Assembly (NCBI GenBank): GCA_963697335.1
Contig: CAVONQ010000008.1
Coordinates: forward strand, 32,001 to 96,000
DNA: 64,000 nucleotides
Direction: 5' to 3'
Source: an uncultured cyanobacterium
Lineage (GTDB): Bacteria; Cyanobacteriota; Cyanobacteriia; PCC-6307; Cyanobiaceae
Shown here: positions 18,704 through 29,761 of the stretch, one piece after another
How the letters are laid out: each line of letters opens with the position of its first letter
How positions within the stretch are numbered: position 1 is the stretch's first letter
Program-made: the position numbers and the translations under genes
Notes under the pieces: model-generated
Told to the model about the DNA's origin: nothing
Databases searched by the model: none
Seen by the model: only the letters and a program-made list of their open reading frames with translations

Positions 18704-19531
18704 TCAGCCGAAGCGGCCGGTGACGTAATCCTGGGTGGATTGCTGGGCTGGACTGTTGAAGATCTTTTCGGTTTCACTGAACTCCACCAGATAGCCCACC
18801 TTGCCTGAGCCCCCTGAAACCGCCTCGGCGTTGTAGAAGGCGGTGAGATCCGCCACCCGCACGGCCTGCTGCATGTTGTGGGTCACGATCACGATCGTGT
18901 AGCTGCGCTTGAGCTCATGCATCGTCTCCTCGATCTTGAGGGTGGAGATCGGATCGAGAGCCGAGCAGGGTTCATCCATCAGGATCACTTCCGGCTCCGT
19001 GGCGATCGCCCGGGCGATGCAGAGGCGCTGCTGCTGGCCGCCGGAGAGGGCCAGACCACTCTCCTTGAGCTTGTCCTTGCATTCATCCCACACCGCGGCC
19101 TTGCGCAGGGAGCGCTCCACCAGTTCATCCATGTCGCCTCGGTAGCCGTTGATGCGGGCGCCGAAGGCGATGTTTTCGTAGATCGTCTTGGGGAAGGGGT
19201 TGGGTTTCTGGAACACCATGCCGATCCGCCTGCGCACTTCCACCGCATCCACATTGGGCGCGTAGATGTCGTGCCCGTCAAACACCACGCGGCCCTTGAG
19301 GTGGCAGCCGGGGATCAGGTCGTTCATGCGGTTGAGGGCCCGCAGCACCGTGGATTTGCCGCAGCCGGAAGGGCCGATGAAGGCCGTCACTTTGCCGCGT
19401 GGAATATCCATGTAGACGTTCTTCACCGCCTCGAAATTGCCGTAGGAGATGGTCACGTTCTCCAGGGCCAGGCAGGTGTCTGGAGTGGAGGCTGGAGTGG
19501 GAGCCATACTGCTGCTGTGGGCGGTGGTCAT
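18704..19531 (-). CDS. pstB: Phosphate ABC transporter ATPase
   Basis: [49 protein letters not shown]. Confidence 0.97.
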   Translation of the reverse strand: MTTAHSSSMAPTPASTPDTCLALENVTISYGNFEAVKNVYMDIPRGKVTAFIGPSGCGKSTVLRALNRMNDLIPGCHLKGRVVFDGHDIYAPNVDAVEVRRRIGMVFQKPNPFPKTIYENIAFGARINGYRGDMDELVERSLRKAAVWDECKDKLKESGLALSGGQQQRLCIARAIATEPEVILMDEPCSALDPISTLKIEETMHELKRSYTIVIVTHNMQQAVRVADLTAFYNAEAVSGGSGKVGYLVEFSETEKIFNSPAQQSTQDYVTGRFG

Positions 19532-19561
19532 GGTGTTGGTGGAGGTAGGCCCAGGCGACGC

Positions 19562-20485
19562 TCAGGCGCGGGAGAAGCTGGCGATCCAGCGGGCCAGCAG
19601 ATTGGCCACCAGAATCATCATCACCAGCACGAAGGAGGCCGCCCAGGCCAGTTCGTTCTGGGCCTCATAGGGCATGATCGCGAAGTTGAAGATCAACACC
19701 GACATGGTGGCGATCGGGTTGAACACCCCCTCGGGCCAGAAGGGTGAAAACAGGGCCGTGAAGATCAGCGGTGCGGTTTCCCCGGCGGCCCGGGCAATGC
19801 CGAGCACCACGCCCGTGGCGATGGGCGTGAACGCCGCCGGCAGGGTGATGCGCATCACCGTCACAAACTTGGAGGCCCCCACGCCGTAGGCGCCCCAGCG
19901 CAGTTCCTGGGGCACGAGCTTGAGACCCTCATCGGTGGTTTTGATCACCGTGGGCAGCATCAGGGTGGCCAGGGCGATGCCACCGGCCATGGCGCTGTAG
20001 CTCTGATCAAAGAAGATGCGGGTGGCCACCACGATGCCGTAGACGAACACGCCGCAGATGATCGAGGGCACGCCGGCCAGCACGTCGTTGCCGAAGCTCA
20101 CGAACTTGGCAAACCAACCCCTCTGGGAATACTCCGTGAGGTAGATCCCACCCCCCACACCGATCGGCACGGCGATCAGGGAGGCGATCAGGGTCACCAA
20201 CAGGGTGCCCAGCACCGCATTGCCGATGCCGCCGCCGTCCAGGCCCGGAGGGGGCGGCAGCTCGGTGAACAGGCTGAAACTGATCAGCCGGCCGCCCTGC
20301 AACAGCACGTAGAGGATCACCAGGAACAGGGGCAACACCGCCGTGATGGCAAACAGCCCGGCGATGCCGGTGCAGAGCCGATTGATGCGGTTGCGCTTGA
20401 GCGAGCGGTCGAAGGTGAGGGGCCGCCTCACAAACAGGCTCTCGGCAAGTTCGGGTTCGTTGTGCCTGGTGGAGATGGTCGCCAT
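19562..20485 (-). CDS. pstA: Phosphate ABC transporter permease
   Basis: GGIGNAVLGT, LAGVPSIICG, ARAAGETAPLIFT. Confidence 0.95.
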   Translation of the reverse strand: MATISTRHNEPELAESLFVRRPLTFDRSLKRNRINRLCTGIAGLFAITAVLPLFLVILYVLLQGGRLISFSLFTELPPPPGLDGGGIGNAVLGTLLVTLIASLIAVPIGVGGGIYLTEYSQRGWFAKFVSFGNDVLAGVPSIICGVFVYGIVVATRIFFDQSYSAMAGGIALATLMLPTVIKTTDEGLKLVPQELRWGAYGVGASKFVTVMRITLPAAFTPIATGVVLGIARAAGETAPLIFTALFSPFWPEGVFNPIATMSVLIFNFAIMPYEAQNELAWAASFVLVMMILVANLLARWIASFSRA

Positions 20486-20493
20486 GGGGAGGG

Positions 20494-21459
20494 TCAGTAG
20501 CGGAGGCTGAGACGACGCACCAGCCACTGGGCCAACACGTTGACGAGAAAGGTGAGCACCATCAGCACCAGGGCCGCATACATCAGGGCCGACACCTGGA
20601 TGCCACTGGCCTCCCCAAACTGGTTGGCGAGCATCGCGGCAATCGTGTTGCCTGGAGCCAAAAGCGAAAAGCTGAAGTTGAGGGAGTTGCCGATGATCAT
20701 GGTCACGGCCATGGTTTCGCCCATGGCCCGGCCCAGGGCCAGCATCACCCCCCCGGTGATGGCCGAGACGGCCGCCGGCAGGATCACGCTGGTGATGGCC
20801 CCCCAGCGGGTGGTGCCCACGCCGTAGGCCCCCTGGCGCAGTTCCACGGGCACCTGGTTGAGGGCATCGCGGGAGATCGAGGTGATGATCGGCAGGATCA
20901 TCACCACCAGGATCAGGATCGCCGGCGCCATGCCCGGGCCGCGCGGCACGGTGTCGAACAGGGGCGACCAGCCCAGCAGGCCATGCAGGAGATTCAGGGC
21001 CGGCCGGATCGCCGGCTCCATCACGAAGATGGCCCAGAGACCCAGCACCACCGAGGGGATCGCGGCCAGGAGCTCCACCATCAGACCCACGGCGCTGCGC
21101 ACGAACGGCGGCACCAGGTCTTCGGTGATGAAGATCGCCGTGCCCACCCCCAGGGGAACGGCGATCAGCAGGGCCAGCAGGGAGCTCACCAGGGTGCCGT
21201 AGATGGCGATCAGGGCGCCGTACTGGTCGTTGACCGGATCCCAGGCCGAGGTGGTGAGGAAACGCAGTCCGAAGGCCTGGATGGCGTCCTGGGAGCCCCG
21301 CAGCACCACGATGAAAATGCCCAGCAGGGCAATGGCCACCACCGAGGCCAGGCAGAGGGTGAGCTGGCGGAAACCGATGTCCACCAACTTGTCTGAGGGG
21401 GGCCGGCGACGCAGCGTGAAGGCGTCGTCGGTGGCTGCAGGGGGCACGGCTGCGGTCAT
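20494..21459 (-). CDS. pstC: Phosphate ABC transporter permease
   Basis: ELLAAIPSVVLGLW, LGRAMGETMAVTM, LANQFGEA. Confidence 0.95.
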   Translation of the reverse strand: MTAAVPPAATDDAFTLRRRPPSDKLVDIGFRQLTLCLASVVAIALLGIFIVVLRGSQDAIQAFGLRFLTTSAWDPVNDQYGALIAIYGTLVSSLLALLIAVPLGVGTAIFITEDLVPPFVRSAVGLMVELLAAIPSVVLGLWAIFVMEPAIRPALNLLHGLLGWSPLFDTVPRGPGMAPAILILVVMILPIITSISRDALNQVPVELRQGAYGVGTTRWGAITSVILPAAVSAITGGVMLALGRAMGETMAVTMIIGNSLNFSFSLLAPGNTIAAMLANQFGEASGIQVSALMYAALVLMVLTFLVNVLAQWLVRRLSLRY

Positions 21460-21532
21460 GGTGATCCGGGTGCGCTGTGGTCAGTCCACGGACGGTCCGG
21501 ACCCCAGGAATGTACGAAGCACTCCCTGCAGC

Positions 21533-21552
21533 TGCATTAAGTCGTGATTAAC
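21533..21552 (-). promoter_or_regulatory. Candidate Pho (SphR) box
   Basis: Minus strand GTTAATCA-cga-CTTAATGC: two TTAA cores 11 bp apart, about 75 nt upstream of pstC. Confidence 0.5.
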
Positions 21553-21607
21553 GCCGGTCAGCCCGGTAGTTTTGGGGCGCCACAGGGGTGACGGGGCCGC
21601 GCAGTTC

Positions 21608-24010
21608 ATGGGTCGCATCGTCGGCATCGACCTCGGGACCACCAATTCGGTGGTGGCGGTGCTTGAGGGCGGCCGTCCAGCGGTGATCGCCAGCGCCGAG
21701 GGCGGTCGCACCACCCCCTCGGTGGTGGGCTTCAACCGGGAGCGGGAGCTGCTGGTGGGGCAGCTGGCCCGGCGCCAGCTGGTGCTCAATCCCCGCAACA
21801 CCTTTGCCAACCTCAAGCGCTACGTGGGGCGCCGCTGGGACGAGCTCGAGGAGTCGAGCCTGGGGGTGCCCTACACGATCCGGGCCAACGACCAGGGCAA
21901 CGTGCGGGTGGTGTGCCCCGCCACCGAGCGTGAGTACGCGCCGGAGGAGCTGGTGGCCAGCATCCTGCGCAAGCTGGTGGACGATGCCGCCACCTACCTC
22001 GGTGAGCCGGTGGAGGCGGCCGTGATCACCGTTCCCGCCTACTTCAATGACGCCCAGCGCCAGGCCACCCGCGACGCCGGCCGCCTGGCGGGCATCAGCG
22101 TGGAGCGGATCCTGAACGAGCCCACGGCGGCGGCCCTGGCCTACGGCTTCGATCGCTCCGCCGTGAAGCGGGTGCTGGTGTTCGACCTCGGTGGCGGCAC
22201 CTTCGACGTGTCGGTGCTGCGGATCGCCCAGGGGGTGTTCGATGTGAAGGCCACCAGTGGCGACACCCAGCTGGGGGGCAACGACTGGGACCGCCGCATC
22301 GTGGACTGGCTGGCCGATGGCTTCCAACAGGAGCACGGCGTCGATCTGCGCCGCGACCGTCAGGCCCTGCAGCGCCTCACCGAGGCGGCGGAGAAGGCCA
22401 AGATGGAGCTCAGCGGGGTGCAGACCACCCCGATCTCGCTGCCCTTCATCGCCACGGGTTCCGAGGGCCCGTTGCACATCGAGACCAGCCTGGAGCGCCG
22501 CCGTTTCGAGGCCCTGTGTCCTGACCTGCTGGATCGGCTGCTGCGCCCCGTGCAGCGCGCCCTGCGCGACTCCAACCTGGCAGCCGATCAGATCGACGAC
22601 GTGGTGCTGGTGGGGGGCTCCACCCGCATGCCGATGGTGCAGGAGATGGTGCGCACCCTGGTGCCGCGGGAGCCCTGCCAGTCGGTGAATCCCGATGAGG
22701 TGGTGGCCATCGGCGCCGCCGTGCAGGCCGGCATCCTCACCGGCGAGCTGCGCGACCTGATGCTCAACGACGTGACGCCCCTCGGTCTGGGTCTGGAGAC
22801 GATCGGTGGCGCCATGAAGGTGCTGATCCCGCGCAACACGTCGATTCCTGTCCGCAAGAGCGACCTGTTCAGCACCTCGGAGGCCAACCAGAACTCCGTG
22901 GAGATCCACGTGCTGCAGGGGGAGCGCCAGATGGCGGCCGACAACAAGAGTCTCGGCCGCTTCCGCCTCTCCGGCATCCCGCCGGCTCCCCGGGGGGTGC
23001 CCCAGGTGCAGGTGTCGTTCGACATCGATGCCAACGGCCTGCTGCAGGTGTCCGCCACCGACCGCACCACGGGCCGGCAGCAGAGCGTCAGCATCCAGGG
23101 AGGGTCCAACCTCAGCGAGGAGGAGATCGCCCGGCTGTTGCAAGAGGCTGAGGAGAAGGCGGCGGAGGACCGGCGCAAGCGCGCCGCGCTCGACCGACGC
23201 AACAAGGCCCTCACCCTGATCGCCCAGGCCGAACGCCGGCTGCGCGATGCCTCCGTGGAACTCGGCCCCTACGGCGCCGAACGCCAGCAGCGGGCTGTGG
23301 AGGTGGCCCTGCGCGACGTGCAGGACCTGATGGCCCTGGAGCCCAGCGGCAAGAGCGATGCCGGTGAGCTGGAGCTGTCGGTGAGTCAGCTGCAGGAGGC
23401 GGTGTATGCCCTGAACCGGCGCCTGCTGAGCGAGCGTCGCAGTGAGCAGGGCCCGCTGCAGGGCCTCAAGAACACCCTGGGATCGCTCAAGGATGAGCTG
23501 TTCAGCGACGACGACGACTGGGATGACTGGAGCCGCCCGGGCAGTGACCCCTGGGCGATGTCCTCCGGTCGATCCCGGGGCGGCTACGACAACCTGGGCG
23601 CCCCAGGCCGCAATGACCTCGAGCGCGGCTACGACGACCGCCGCTACGACGAGCGTGGCGACGGCGACCGCCGCTATGCCGAACGCAGCTACCCCGAACG
23701 CAGCTACGCCGACAACGCCTATGGAGATCAGGGCTATGGCGCTCGCGGCGACGAGCCGAGGGGCTACGCCGCCCCCAATGATCTCGACCGCGACGACCAG
23801 CCCCGCAGGGCGCCTCCGGCCCGAAGCTCCGAGGCCTGGGACGACCTGAGGGATGGCAGCGCCAGGGATCCAGATCCGTACCTGAACCGAAGCCGCCGGC
23901 GCCCCGCCGAGCCGGCGGACCCCACCGGTCGTGGGGACCCGCAGGACGGCTACCCCCAGGCACGTCCTGTCGCCCGGGTGCCGGATGACGACCCCTGGTC
24001 TGACGGCTGA
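21608..24010 (+). CDS. dnaK: Hsp70 DnaK (DnaK3-type) with long acidic C-terminal tail
   Basis: GIDLGTTNS, TVPAYFNDAQRQAT, DLGGGTFDVS, NPDEVVAIGAA; DDDDWDDW tail motif. Confidence 0.95.
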   Translation: MGRIVGIDLGTTNSVVAVLEGGRPAVIASAEGGRTTPSVVGFNRERELLVGQLARRQLVLNPRNTFANLKRYVGRRWDELEESSLGVPYTIRANDQGNVRVVCPATEREYAPEELVASILRKLVDDAATYLGEPVEAAVITVPAYFNDAQRQATRDAGRLAGISVERILNEPTAAALAYGFDRSAVKRVLVFDLGGGTFDVSVLRIAQGVFDVKATSGDTQLGGNDWDRRIVDWLADGFQQEHGVDLRRDRQALQRLTEAAEKAKMELSGVQTTPISLPFIATGSEGPLHIETSLERRRFEALCPDLLDRLLRPVQRALRDSNLAADQIDDVVLVGGSTRMPMVQEMVRTLVPREPCQSVNPDEVVAIGAAVQAGILTGELRDLMLNDVTPLGLGLETIGGAMKVLIPRNTSIPVRKSDLFSTSEANQNSVEIHVLQGERQMAADNKSLGRFRLSGIPPAPRGVPQVQVSFDIDANGLLQVSATDRTTGRQQSVSIQGGSNLSEEEIARLLQEAEEKAAEDRRKRAALDRRNKALTLIAQAERRLRDASVELGPYGAERQQRAVEVALRDVQDLMALEPSGKSDAGELELSVSQLQEAVYALNRRLLSERRSEQGPLQGLKNTLGSLKDELFSDDDDWDDWSRPGSDPWAMSSGRSRGGYDNLGAPGRNDLERGYDDRRYDERGDGDRRYAERSYPERSYADNAYGDQGYGARGDEPRGYAAPNDLDRDDQPRRAPPARSSEAWDDLRDGSARDPDPYLNRSRRRPAEPADPTGRGDPQDGYPQARPVARVPDDDPWSDG

Positions 24011-24015
24011 CTCCT

Positions 24016-25047
24016 GTGGCAGTGCGTTCCTCGGCCCCATCGGACTACTGGGCGGTGCTCGGCCTGGATCCGGGGGCCGATCTCCCCAGCCTGAAGCGGG
24101 CCTTCCGGGCCCAGGCCAGGCGTTTCCACCCCGACCTCAACGGCAACGACCCCAGCGCCGAGGAGCGCTTCAAGCTGGTCAACGAGGCCTATGCGGTGCT
24201 CTCCGACCCCCGGCGACGGGCAGCCTGGGAGCGCGGCGAAGGGGCCGGGACCGCTGCGCCGGCCGATCCCTTTGCCAGCGGCTTTCCGCATTTCGAGACC
24301 TACCTCGAGGCGCTCTTCGGCCAGCGGCAGCGCAGCCGCTCCGCCCCGGTGGACGATCCTGACAGCAGCTGGGAGCAGGACGAGAGCGCCTACGACGGTT
24401 CAGCTGGCGAGCCGTTCGCGGCGGATCCAAGCCCTGCCGATGGCGGCAGAGATTCCGTCAGCGGTGGCTGGGGGGCGGGGGGCTCCGTGACAGCCTCGCC
24501 AGCCCCGCCACCGCCGGTGCAGGCCAGCACTGATGCGGAGAGCACGGTGGTGCTGAGTCCCGAGCAGGCGCTGCAGGGGGAACGGGTGGAGCTGGAGCTG
24601 CCTGACGGCAGCGCTGTTGAAGTGTGGACGCCGGCCATGGCGGGCGATGGCTGGAGGCTGCGCTTGGAGGGCGTTGCCCCTGGCGGCGGGGATCACTTTC
24701 TGCAGTTGCGGGTGCGCACGGAGGAGGGGCTGCGCATCGATGGCCTGCGGGTGCACTACAGCCTCGATCTCACCCCCGCCGAAGCGGCCCTGGGCTGTGT
24801 GGTGGTGGTGCCCACCCTGCGCGGCCCGGTGAAACTCACGGTGCCGCCCTGCTCCTCCAGTGGTCGGCTGCTGCGGCTGCGGGGCCGGGGCATGGAGTGG
24901 GGCGACCAGCGCGGTGACCAGCTGGTGGAGGTGCGCATCGTGCTGCCGGACCAGCTGGACGATGCCGAGGCAGCCCTCTACGGCCGTCTCCAGGAGCTCG
25001 CCGACCATGCGGCCGATGAGGCCGCCCAGGAGCAAGCCGGGCGGTGA
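24016..25047 (+). CDS. dnaJ: DnaJ-class co-chaperone (J domain plus C-terminal domain, no zinc finger)
   Basis: DYWAVLG...FHPDLN...FKLVNEAYAVLSDP; LRLRGRG. Confidence 0.9.
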   Translation: MAVRSSAPSDYWAVLGLDPGADLPSLKRAFRAQARRFHPDLNGNDPSAEERFKLVNEAYAVLSDPRRRAAWERGEGAGTAAPADPFASGFPHFETYLEALFGQRQRSRSAPVDDPDSSWEQDESAYDGSAGEPFAADPSPADGGRDSVSGGWGAGGSVTASPAPPPPVQASTDAESTVVLSPEQALQGERVELELPDGSAVEVWTPAMAGDGWRLRLEGVAPGGGDHFLQLRVRTEEGLRIDGLRVHYSLDLTPAEAALGCVVVVPTLRGPVKLTVPPCSSSGRLLRLRGRGMEWGDQRGDQLVEVRIVLPDQLDDAEAALYGRLQELADHAADEAAQEQAGR

Positions 25048-25086
25048 GAGAGTGGAGCACCTGCGCCCCTCCTCCCACCTCCTCCC

Positions 25087-25551
25087 ATGCCGGTGCACGT
25101 GCTGCTCTTCGATCCCGGAACCGATCAGGAGGGCATCCATTCCCTCGAGATCAACGGCCGCACCGTGGTGCTGCTGTTCGAGGCCCGTGATGACGCCGAG
25201 CGCTATGCGGGCCTGCTGGAGGCCCAGGACTTTCCCGTGCCCTGTGTGGAGGCCCTGGAGCGCCCGGAGATGGAGCAGTTCTGCCTGGAATCGGGCTATG
25301 AGGCCCGCTTCGTGCCCGTGGGCTTCCTGCCCCAGAGCCCCGAGGACCGGCTGCTGATCGCGCCGCCGGAACGCAACATGGACGTGACCACCTGGCAGGA
25401 GCAGACCGCCGCTGCCGGCACCATGGCCGGCTCCCATGGTGCCGGCGAGCAGGGCCTCGATCCTCCCGGTGAGCGGACGCCGGCCGACCCCATCAACAGC
25501 GGCGATCCGGAACTCGAGGCCTTCCGCCGCAAGCTGGAGGGGCTGCTGTGA
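25087..25551 (+). CDS. DUF3110 domain protein
   Basis: VHVLLF...EGIHSL...FEARDDAERYAGLLEAQDF...RRKLEGLL. Confidence 0.85.
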   Translation: MPVHVLLFDPGTDQEGIHSLEINGRTVVLLFEARDDAERYAGLLEAQDFPVPCVEALERPEMEQFCLESGYEARFVPVGFLPQSPEDRLLIAPPERNMDVTTWQEQTAAAGTMAGSHGAGEQGLDPPGERTPADPINSGDPELEAFRRKLEGLL

Positions 25552-26504
25552 GCCCGGCCACCGCCGCTGGGGCCGATCGGGGCCACCTGCTCACCGAACA
25601 GGCCAATCCCCTCAGCGCCAGCCTCGATCAGCTGCCCACCGCGGAGTTGGTGGAGCTGTTCATTCGCAACGACCTCGAACCCCAGCGGGCCGTGGCCGCC
25701 GCCGCCCCTGCCCTCAGCAGCGCCATCGAGGCGATCACCTCCAGATTGCAGGCCGGGGGGCGACTCTTCTACCTGGGAGCCGGGACCTCCGGACGGCTGG
25801 GAGTGCTGGATGCGGCGGAGTGTCCCCCCACGTTCTGCAGCCCGCCAGAGCTGGTGCAGGGGGTGCTGGCGGGCGGAGCACCGGCGCTGCTGCGCAGCTC
25901 CGAGGGTCTGGAGGATCTGGAGGAGGCGGGCCGCAGCGACCTGCAGGCCCTGGGCTTCGGGCCGGGGGACTGCCTGGTGGGCATTGCGGCCGGCGGCACC
26001 ACCCCCTATGTGCTCGGCGGCCTGGAGCACGCCTCTGCCAGCGGCGCCCTGGCCATCGCCATGGCCTGCGTCCCCGCCGACCAGGTGCCGATGCCCTGCA
26101 GCATCGACATTCGCCTGCTCACGGGCCCTGAGCTGCTGGCCGGTTCCACCCGCCTCAAGGCCGGCACGGCCACCAAGATGGCGCTGAACATCCTCTCCAC
26201 CGGCGTGATGGTGCGCCTGGGCAAGGTCTACGGCAACCGCATGGTGGATGTGGCGGTGACCAATGCCAAGCTGGAGGATCGGGCCCTGCGCATCCTGCGC
26301 GACCTGGCCGGGGTGGAGCGCGCTGCCGCTGTGGCGCTGTTGGAGCGCTCGGGCGGTTCCGTGAAGCTGGCCCTGCTGATGCAGGCCACAGGGCTGGAGG
26401 CAGCTGCAGCCACCGAGGCCCTGGCGACCCATGGGCCCAGCCTGCGCAGCACCCTTACTGCCCTGGGGGCCTGCCTGGATCAGCCGTCGAACGGGCCCCA
26501 GTAG
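25548..26504 (+). CDS. murQ: N-acetylmuramic acid 6-phosphate etherase
   Basis: [33 protein letters not shown]. Confidence 0.96.
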   Translation: MSPATAAGADRGHLLTEQANPLSASLDQLPTAELVELFIRNDLEPQRAVAAAAPALSSAIEAITSRLQAGGRLFYLGAGTSGRLGVLDAAECPPTFCSPPELVQGVLAGGAPALLRSSEGLEDLEEAGRSDLQALGFGPGDCLVGIAAGGTTPYVLGGLEHASASGALAIAMACVPADQVPMPCSIDIRLLTGPELLAGSTRLKAGTATKMALNILSTGVMVRLGKVYGNRMVDVAVTNAKLEDRALRILRDLAGVERAAAVALLERSGGSVKLALLMQATGLEAAAATEALATHGPSLRSTLTALGACLDQPSNGPQ

Positions 26505-27436
26505 GGGCTGGTGAACAGGTCCACGCGGCGGCGGGTTTCGGCGGGCACCTGCTCGGCAGGCGTCATCAGGGCATGGCGCAGGGCCTGGTGAAAGCTGCTG
26601 CTGGGCCGCAGCTCCCCCACCCGCTCAGCCGCCAGGCGCACAATCTGCTGGGCCAGGGCGGCATTGGAGCGCAGGTTGTCGATCACCAGCTCCACCGTCA
26701 CCGAGGCGTGCTCCTGGTGCCAGCAGTCGTAGTCGGTGACCATCGCCAGGGTGGCGTAGGCCATCTCGGCCTCGCGGGCCAGGCGGGCCTCGGTGTGGTT
26801 GGTCATCCCGATCACGCCGCAGCCCCAGCTGCGGTAGAGCTCGGACTCGGCCCGGGTGGAAAAGGCCGGCCCCTCCATGCACAGGTAGGTGCCGCCGCGG
26901 TGCATGTGGCGGCCCGGCGGCATCAGGCTGTCGCCCACGTCGGCCAGCAGGCGGCTGAGGGCGCCACAGAAGGGATCGGCTGCGGTGACATGGGCCACCA
27001 CCCCCTCGCCGAAGAAGGTGAGGGGGCGCTGGTGGGTGCGATCGATGAACTGATCGGGCACCATCATGTCGAGGGGCCGGAACTGCTCCTGCAGGGATCC
27101 CACCGCCGACACCGACAGGATCCAGCGCACACCCAGGGAGCGCAGGGCCCAGAGGTTGGCCCGGTAGGGCACCTCGCTCGGCGTGAAGCTGTGGTGGCGG
27201 CCATGGCGGGCCAGGAACACCACCTCCAGGTCGTTGATGCGTCCCAGCCGCAGGCTGTCGGATGTGGGGCCGTAGGGCGTCTCGACGCTGATCTCGCGCA
27301 TGTCCTCCAGCCCGTCCATGGCGTAGAGGCCGCTGCCTCCCAGCACGCCGAGGCGGGCTCGGCGCAGGTCGGGGGCGGCACTGGTGGGGGCCGGCTCGGC
27401 AGGGGCGGGGGTGGTGGTGATGGGGGGTGTGGGCAT
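26480..27436 (-). CDS. mtnP: S-methyl-5'-thioadenosine phosphorylase
   Basis: [36 protein letters not shown]. Confidence 0.95.
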   Translation of the reverse strand: MPTPPITTTPAPAEPAPTSAAPDLRRARLGVLGGSGLYAMDGLEDMREISVETPYGPTSDSLRLGRINDLEVVFLARHGRHHSFTPSEVPYRANLWALRSLGVRWILSVSAVGSLQEQFRPLDMMVPDQFIDRTHQRPLTFFGEGVVAHVTAADPFCGALSRLLADVGDSLMPPGRHMHRGGTYLCMEGPAFSTRAESELYRSWGCGVIGMTNHTEARLAREAEMAYATLAMVTDYDCWHQEHASVTVELVIDNLRSNAALAQQIVRLAAERVGELRPSSSFHQALRHALMTPAEQVPAETRRRVDLFTSPYWGPFDG

Positions 27437-27532
27437 CGGGGACTTCGGGTGGGAGCCGCGCTCTGGCAGGCGGCGCAAACCGGCCCCATTGTCGTGCCGG
27501 CCCCATACAGTCGTGCTTTCAGCCATTCCCCC

Positions 27533-27973
27533 ATGACCAAAGCCCTGATGGAGACGGATGCCGGCAGCATCGAGCTCGAGCTCTTTGACGCCGACGCCCC
27601 GAACACCGTGGCCAACTTCACCAAGCTGGCCAAGGAGGGCTTCTACGACGGCCTCGCCTTCCACCGGGTGATCCCTGGCTTCATGGCCCAGGGCGGATGC
27701 CCCAACAGCCGCGACGGTGCCCCCGGCATGGCCGGCACGGGCGGCCCTGGCTACCACATCGACTGCGAGATCAACGGCCAGAAGCACAAGTCCGGCACCC
27801 TGGCCATGGCCCATGCCGGCAAGAACACCGGTGGCTCGCAGTTCTACATCTGCCATGAGGCCCAGCCCCATCTCGATGGCGTGCACACCGTGTTCGGCCA
27901 CACCACCAACATGGATGTGGTACAAGCCCTCAAGAACGGCAGCAAGATCACCAAGCTGACCATTCAGGACTGA
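27533..27973 (+). CDS. Cyclophilin-type peptidyl-prolyl isomerase
   Basis: [34 protein letters not shown]. Confidence 0.95.
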   Translation: MTKALMETDAGSIELELFDADAPNTVANFTKLAKEGFYDGLAFHRVIPGFMAQGGCPNSRDGAPGMAGTGGPGYHIDCEINGQKHKSGTLAMAHAGKNTGGSQFYICHEAQPHLDGVHTVFGHTTNMDVVQALKNGSKITKLTIQD

Positions 27974-27986
27974 GCCGCCGCGGGCC

Positions 27987-29720
27987 TCAGCGCCAGACCA
28001 GGAAGGCCTCGGCCTGCAGCGGCAGGCCCGCCACGCCGCCCCCCTGGAGCTCCGCCAGGGGGCGCTGCTGGCACTGCAGCTGGGCGCTGGGATGGGCGGT
28101 GCGCTGCGCATCGGGCGTGAGCAACAGCGCCACGCTCTCGGTGTTTGGCCAGACGGCCAGCCGCCGCAGCAGGTCGGTGATGCCCTGCTCCCGCAGGCCA
28201 TCGGCCCCACGGCCTGAACTGAGCAGCAGGGCCAGGTCGGGCTGGTTGAGCAGGGCCAGCAGCCGGGGGTGCTCCTCGCGCCCCAGCAGCAGCCCCTGTT
28301 CCAGGGCCCAGGCCTGCAGATGGTCCAACCGCTCCGCCCGGACGGCCGCTGGCCCACCGGACGCGTCGGTGGCCTCGCTCCAGGCCAATACCGCGGTGAG
28401 CCCCAGGGGGCAGCTCGGCCCGTCCCCCATCAGGTGCCCGAGCTTGGAGCGCTTGACGGCCAGGTAGGCCGCGTTGTGGGTGCCGGGATCCATGACCAGG
28501 GGCACCCGGTCCACCACCTCCAACCCATAGCCGCCGAGACCGGCGATCTTGCGGGGGTTGTTGGTGATCAGACGCAGTCGCTGGATGCCCAGGTCGCTGA
28601 GAATCTGGGCACCCACGCCGTAGTTGCGCAGGTCGGCGGGGAAGCCCAGCCGCTCGTTGGCCTCCACCGTGTCCAGGCCCGTGTCCTGGAGTGAGTAGGC
28701 CCTGAGCTTGTTGATCAGGCCAATGCCCCGGCCCTCCTGGCGCAGGTACACCACCACCCCTTCGCCAGCCTCCTCCAGCATTCGCAGGGCCGTCTCCAGC
28801 TGGGGGCGGCAGTCACAGCGCAGCGACCCGAAGGCATCCCCGGTGAGGCACTCGCTGTGCACCCGCACCAGCACGGGCGCAGTGGCCTGCTCGGGATGGC
28901 CCTTGACGATGGCCACATGCTCGCTGCCATCGAGCTCATTGCGGTAGCCGATCGCCCGGAACTCCCCGAAGCTGCTGGGCAGGGCCGCCTCCGCCTGGCG
29001 GCGCACGAAGCGCTCGGTGTCGAGGCGGTAGCCAATCAGATCGGCGATGTTGATCAGGCGCAGGCCGTGGCGGCGGGCGTAGGCGGCCAGCTGGGGCAAC
29101 CGGGCCATCGAGCCGTCGGGGTTCTGGATTTCGCAGATCACCCCGGCGGGGTAGAGGCCGGCCAGCCGGGCCAGATCCACGGCGGCTTCGGTGTGTCCCG
29201 CCCGCTTGAGCACCCCACCCTGGCGTGCCCGCAGCGGAAAGATGTGGCCGGGCCGGCGCAGGTCGCTGGGGCGGCTGGCGGGATGGATGGCCACCTGGAT
29301 CGTGCGGGCCCGGTCATCGGCGGAGATGCCGGTGCTGACGCCGTTCTCCGGGCCGGCATCGACGCTCACGGTGAAGGCCGTCTGGTTGTTGTCGGTGTTG
29401 CGATCCACCATCAGGGGCAGATCCAGGGCATCGAGGCGCTCGCCCTCCATGGCCAGGCAGATCAGGCCCCGCGCCTCGGTGGCCATGAAGTTGATCTGCT
29501 CGGGGGTGGCGAACTGGGCGGCGCAGATCAGGTCGCCTTCGTTTTCACGGTTTTCGTCGTCCACCACCACGATCGAGTCACCGTTGCGGATCGCGGCGAG
29601 GGCATCGGCGATGGCATCGAAGCGGATGGCACCGGCGTCGGCCGCCTCGGAGCTGGCGACGGATGGGTTGCTCAGGGCGGTCAACGGGGGCGGTCGGACC
29701 CAAAGGCCCGGTGCAATCAT
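27987..29720 (-). CDS. ribBA: Bifunctional DHBP synthase / GTP cyclohydrolase II (start uncertain)
   Basis: [44 protein letters not shown]. Confidence 0.96.
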   Translation of the reverse strand: MIAPGLWVRPPPLTALSNPSVASSEAADAGAIRFDAIADALAAIRNGDSIVVVDDENRENEGDLICAAQFATPEQINFMATEARGLICLAMEGERLDALDLPLMVDRNTDNNQTAFTVSVDAGPENGVSTGISADDRARTIQVAIHPASRPSDLRRPGHIFPLRARQGGVLKRAGHTEAAVDLARLAGLYPAGVICEIQNPDGSMARLPQLAAYARRHGLRLINIADLIGYRLDTERFVRRQAEAALPSSFGEFRAIGYRNELDGSEHVAIVKGHPEQATAPVLVRVHSECLTGDAFGSLRCDCRPQLETALRMLEEAGEGVVVYLRQEGRGIGLINKLRAYSLQDTGLDTVEANERLGFPADLRNYGVGAQILSDLGIQRLRLITNNPRKIAGLGGYGLEVVDRVPLVMDPGTHNAAYLAVKRSKLGHLMGDGPSCPLGLTAVLAWSEATDASGGPAAVRAERLDHLQAWALEQGLLLGREEHPRLLALLNQPDLALLLSSGRGADGLREQGITDLLRRLAVWPNTESVALLLTPDAQRTAHPSAQLQCQQRPLAELQGGGVAGLPLQAEAFLVWR

Positions 29721-29761
29721 CCTTTATAAAGCCCGCACCATCTCTCCATCGGGGCTCCGCC

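Noticed and set aside
18564..21600. tRNA-Ser as the integration site for pstCAB
   Set aside because: No duplicated tRNA 3' end or integrase seen; composition is host-like.
23620..23770. Short tandem repeats as a possible CRISPR array
   Set aside because: 15-nt in-frame coding repeats in dnaK; no repeat-spacer structure and no cas genes.
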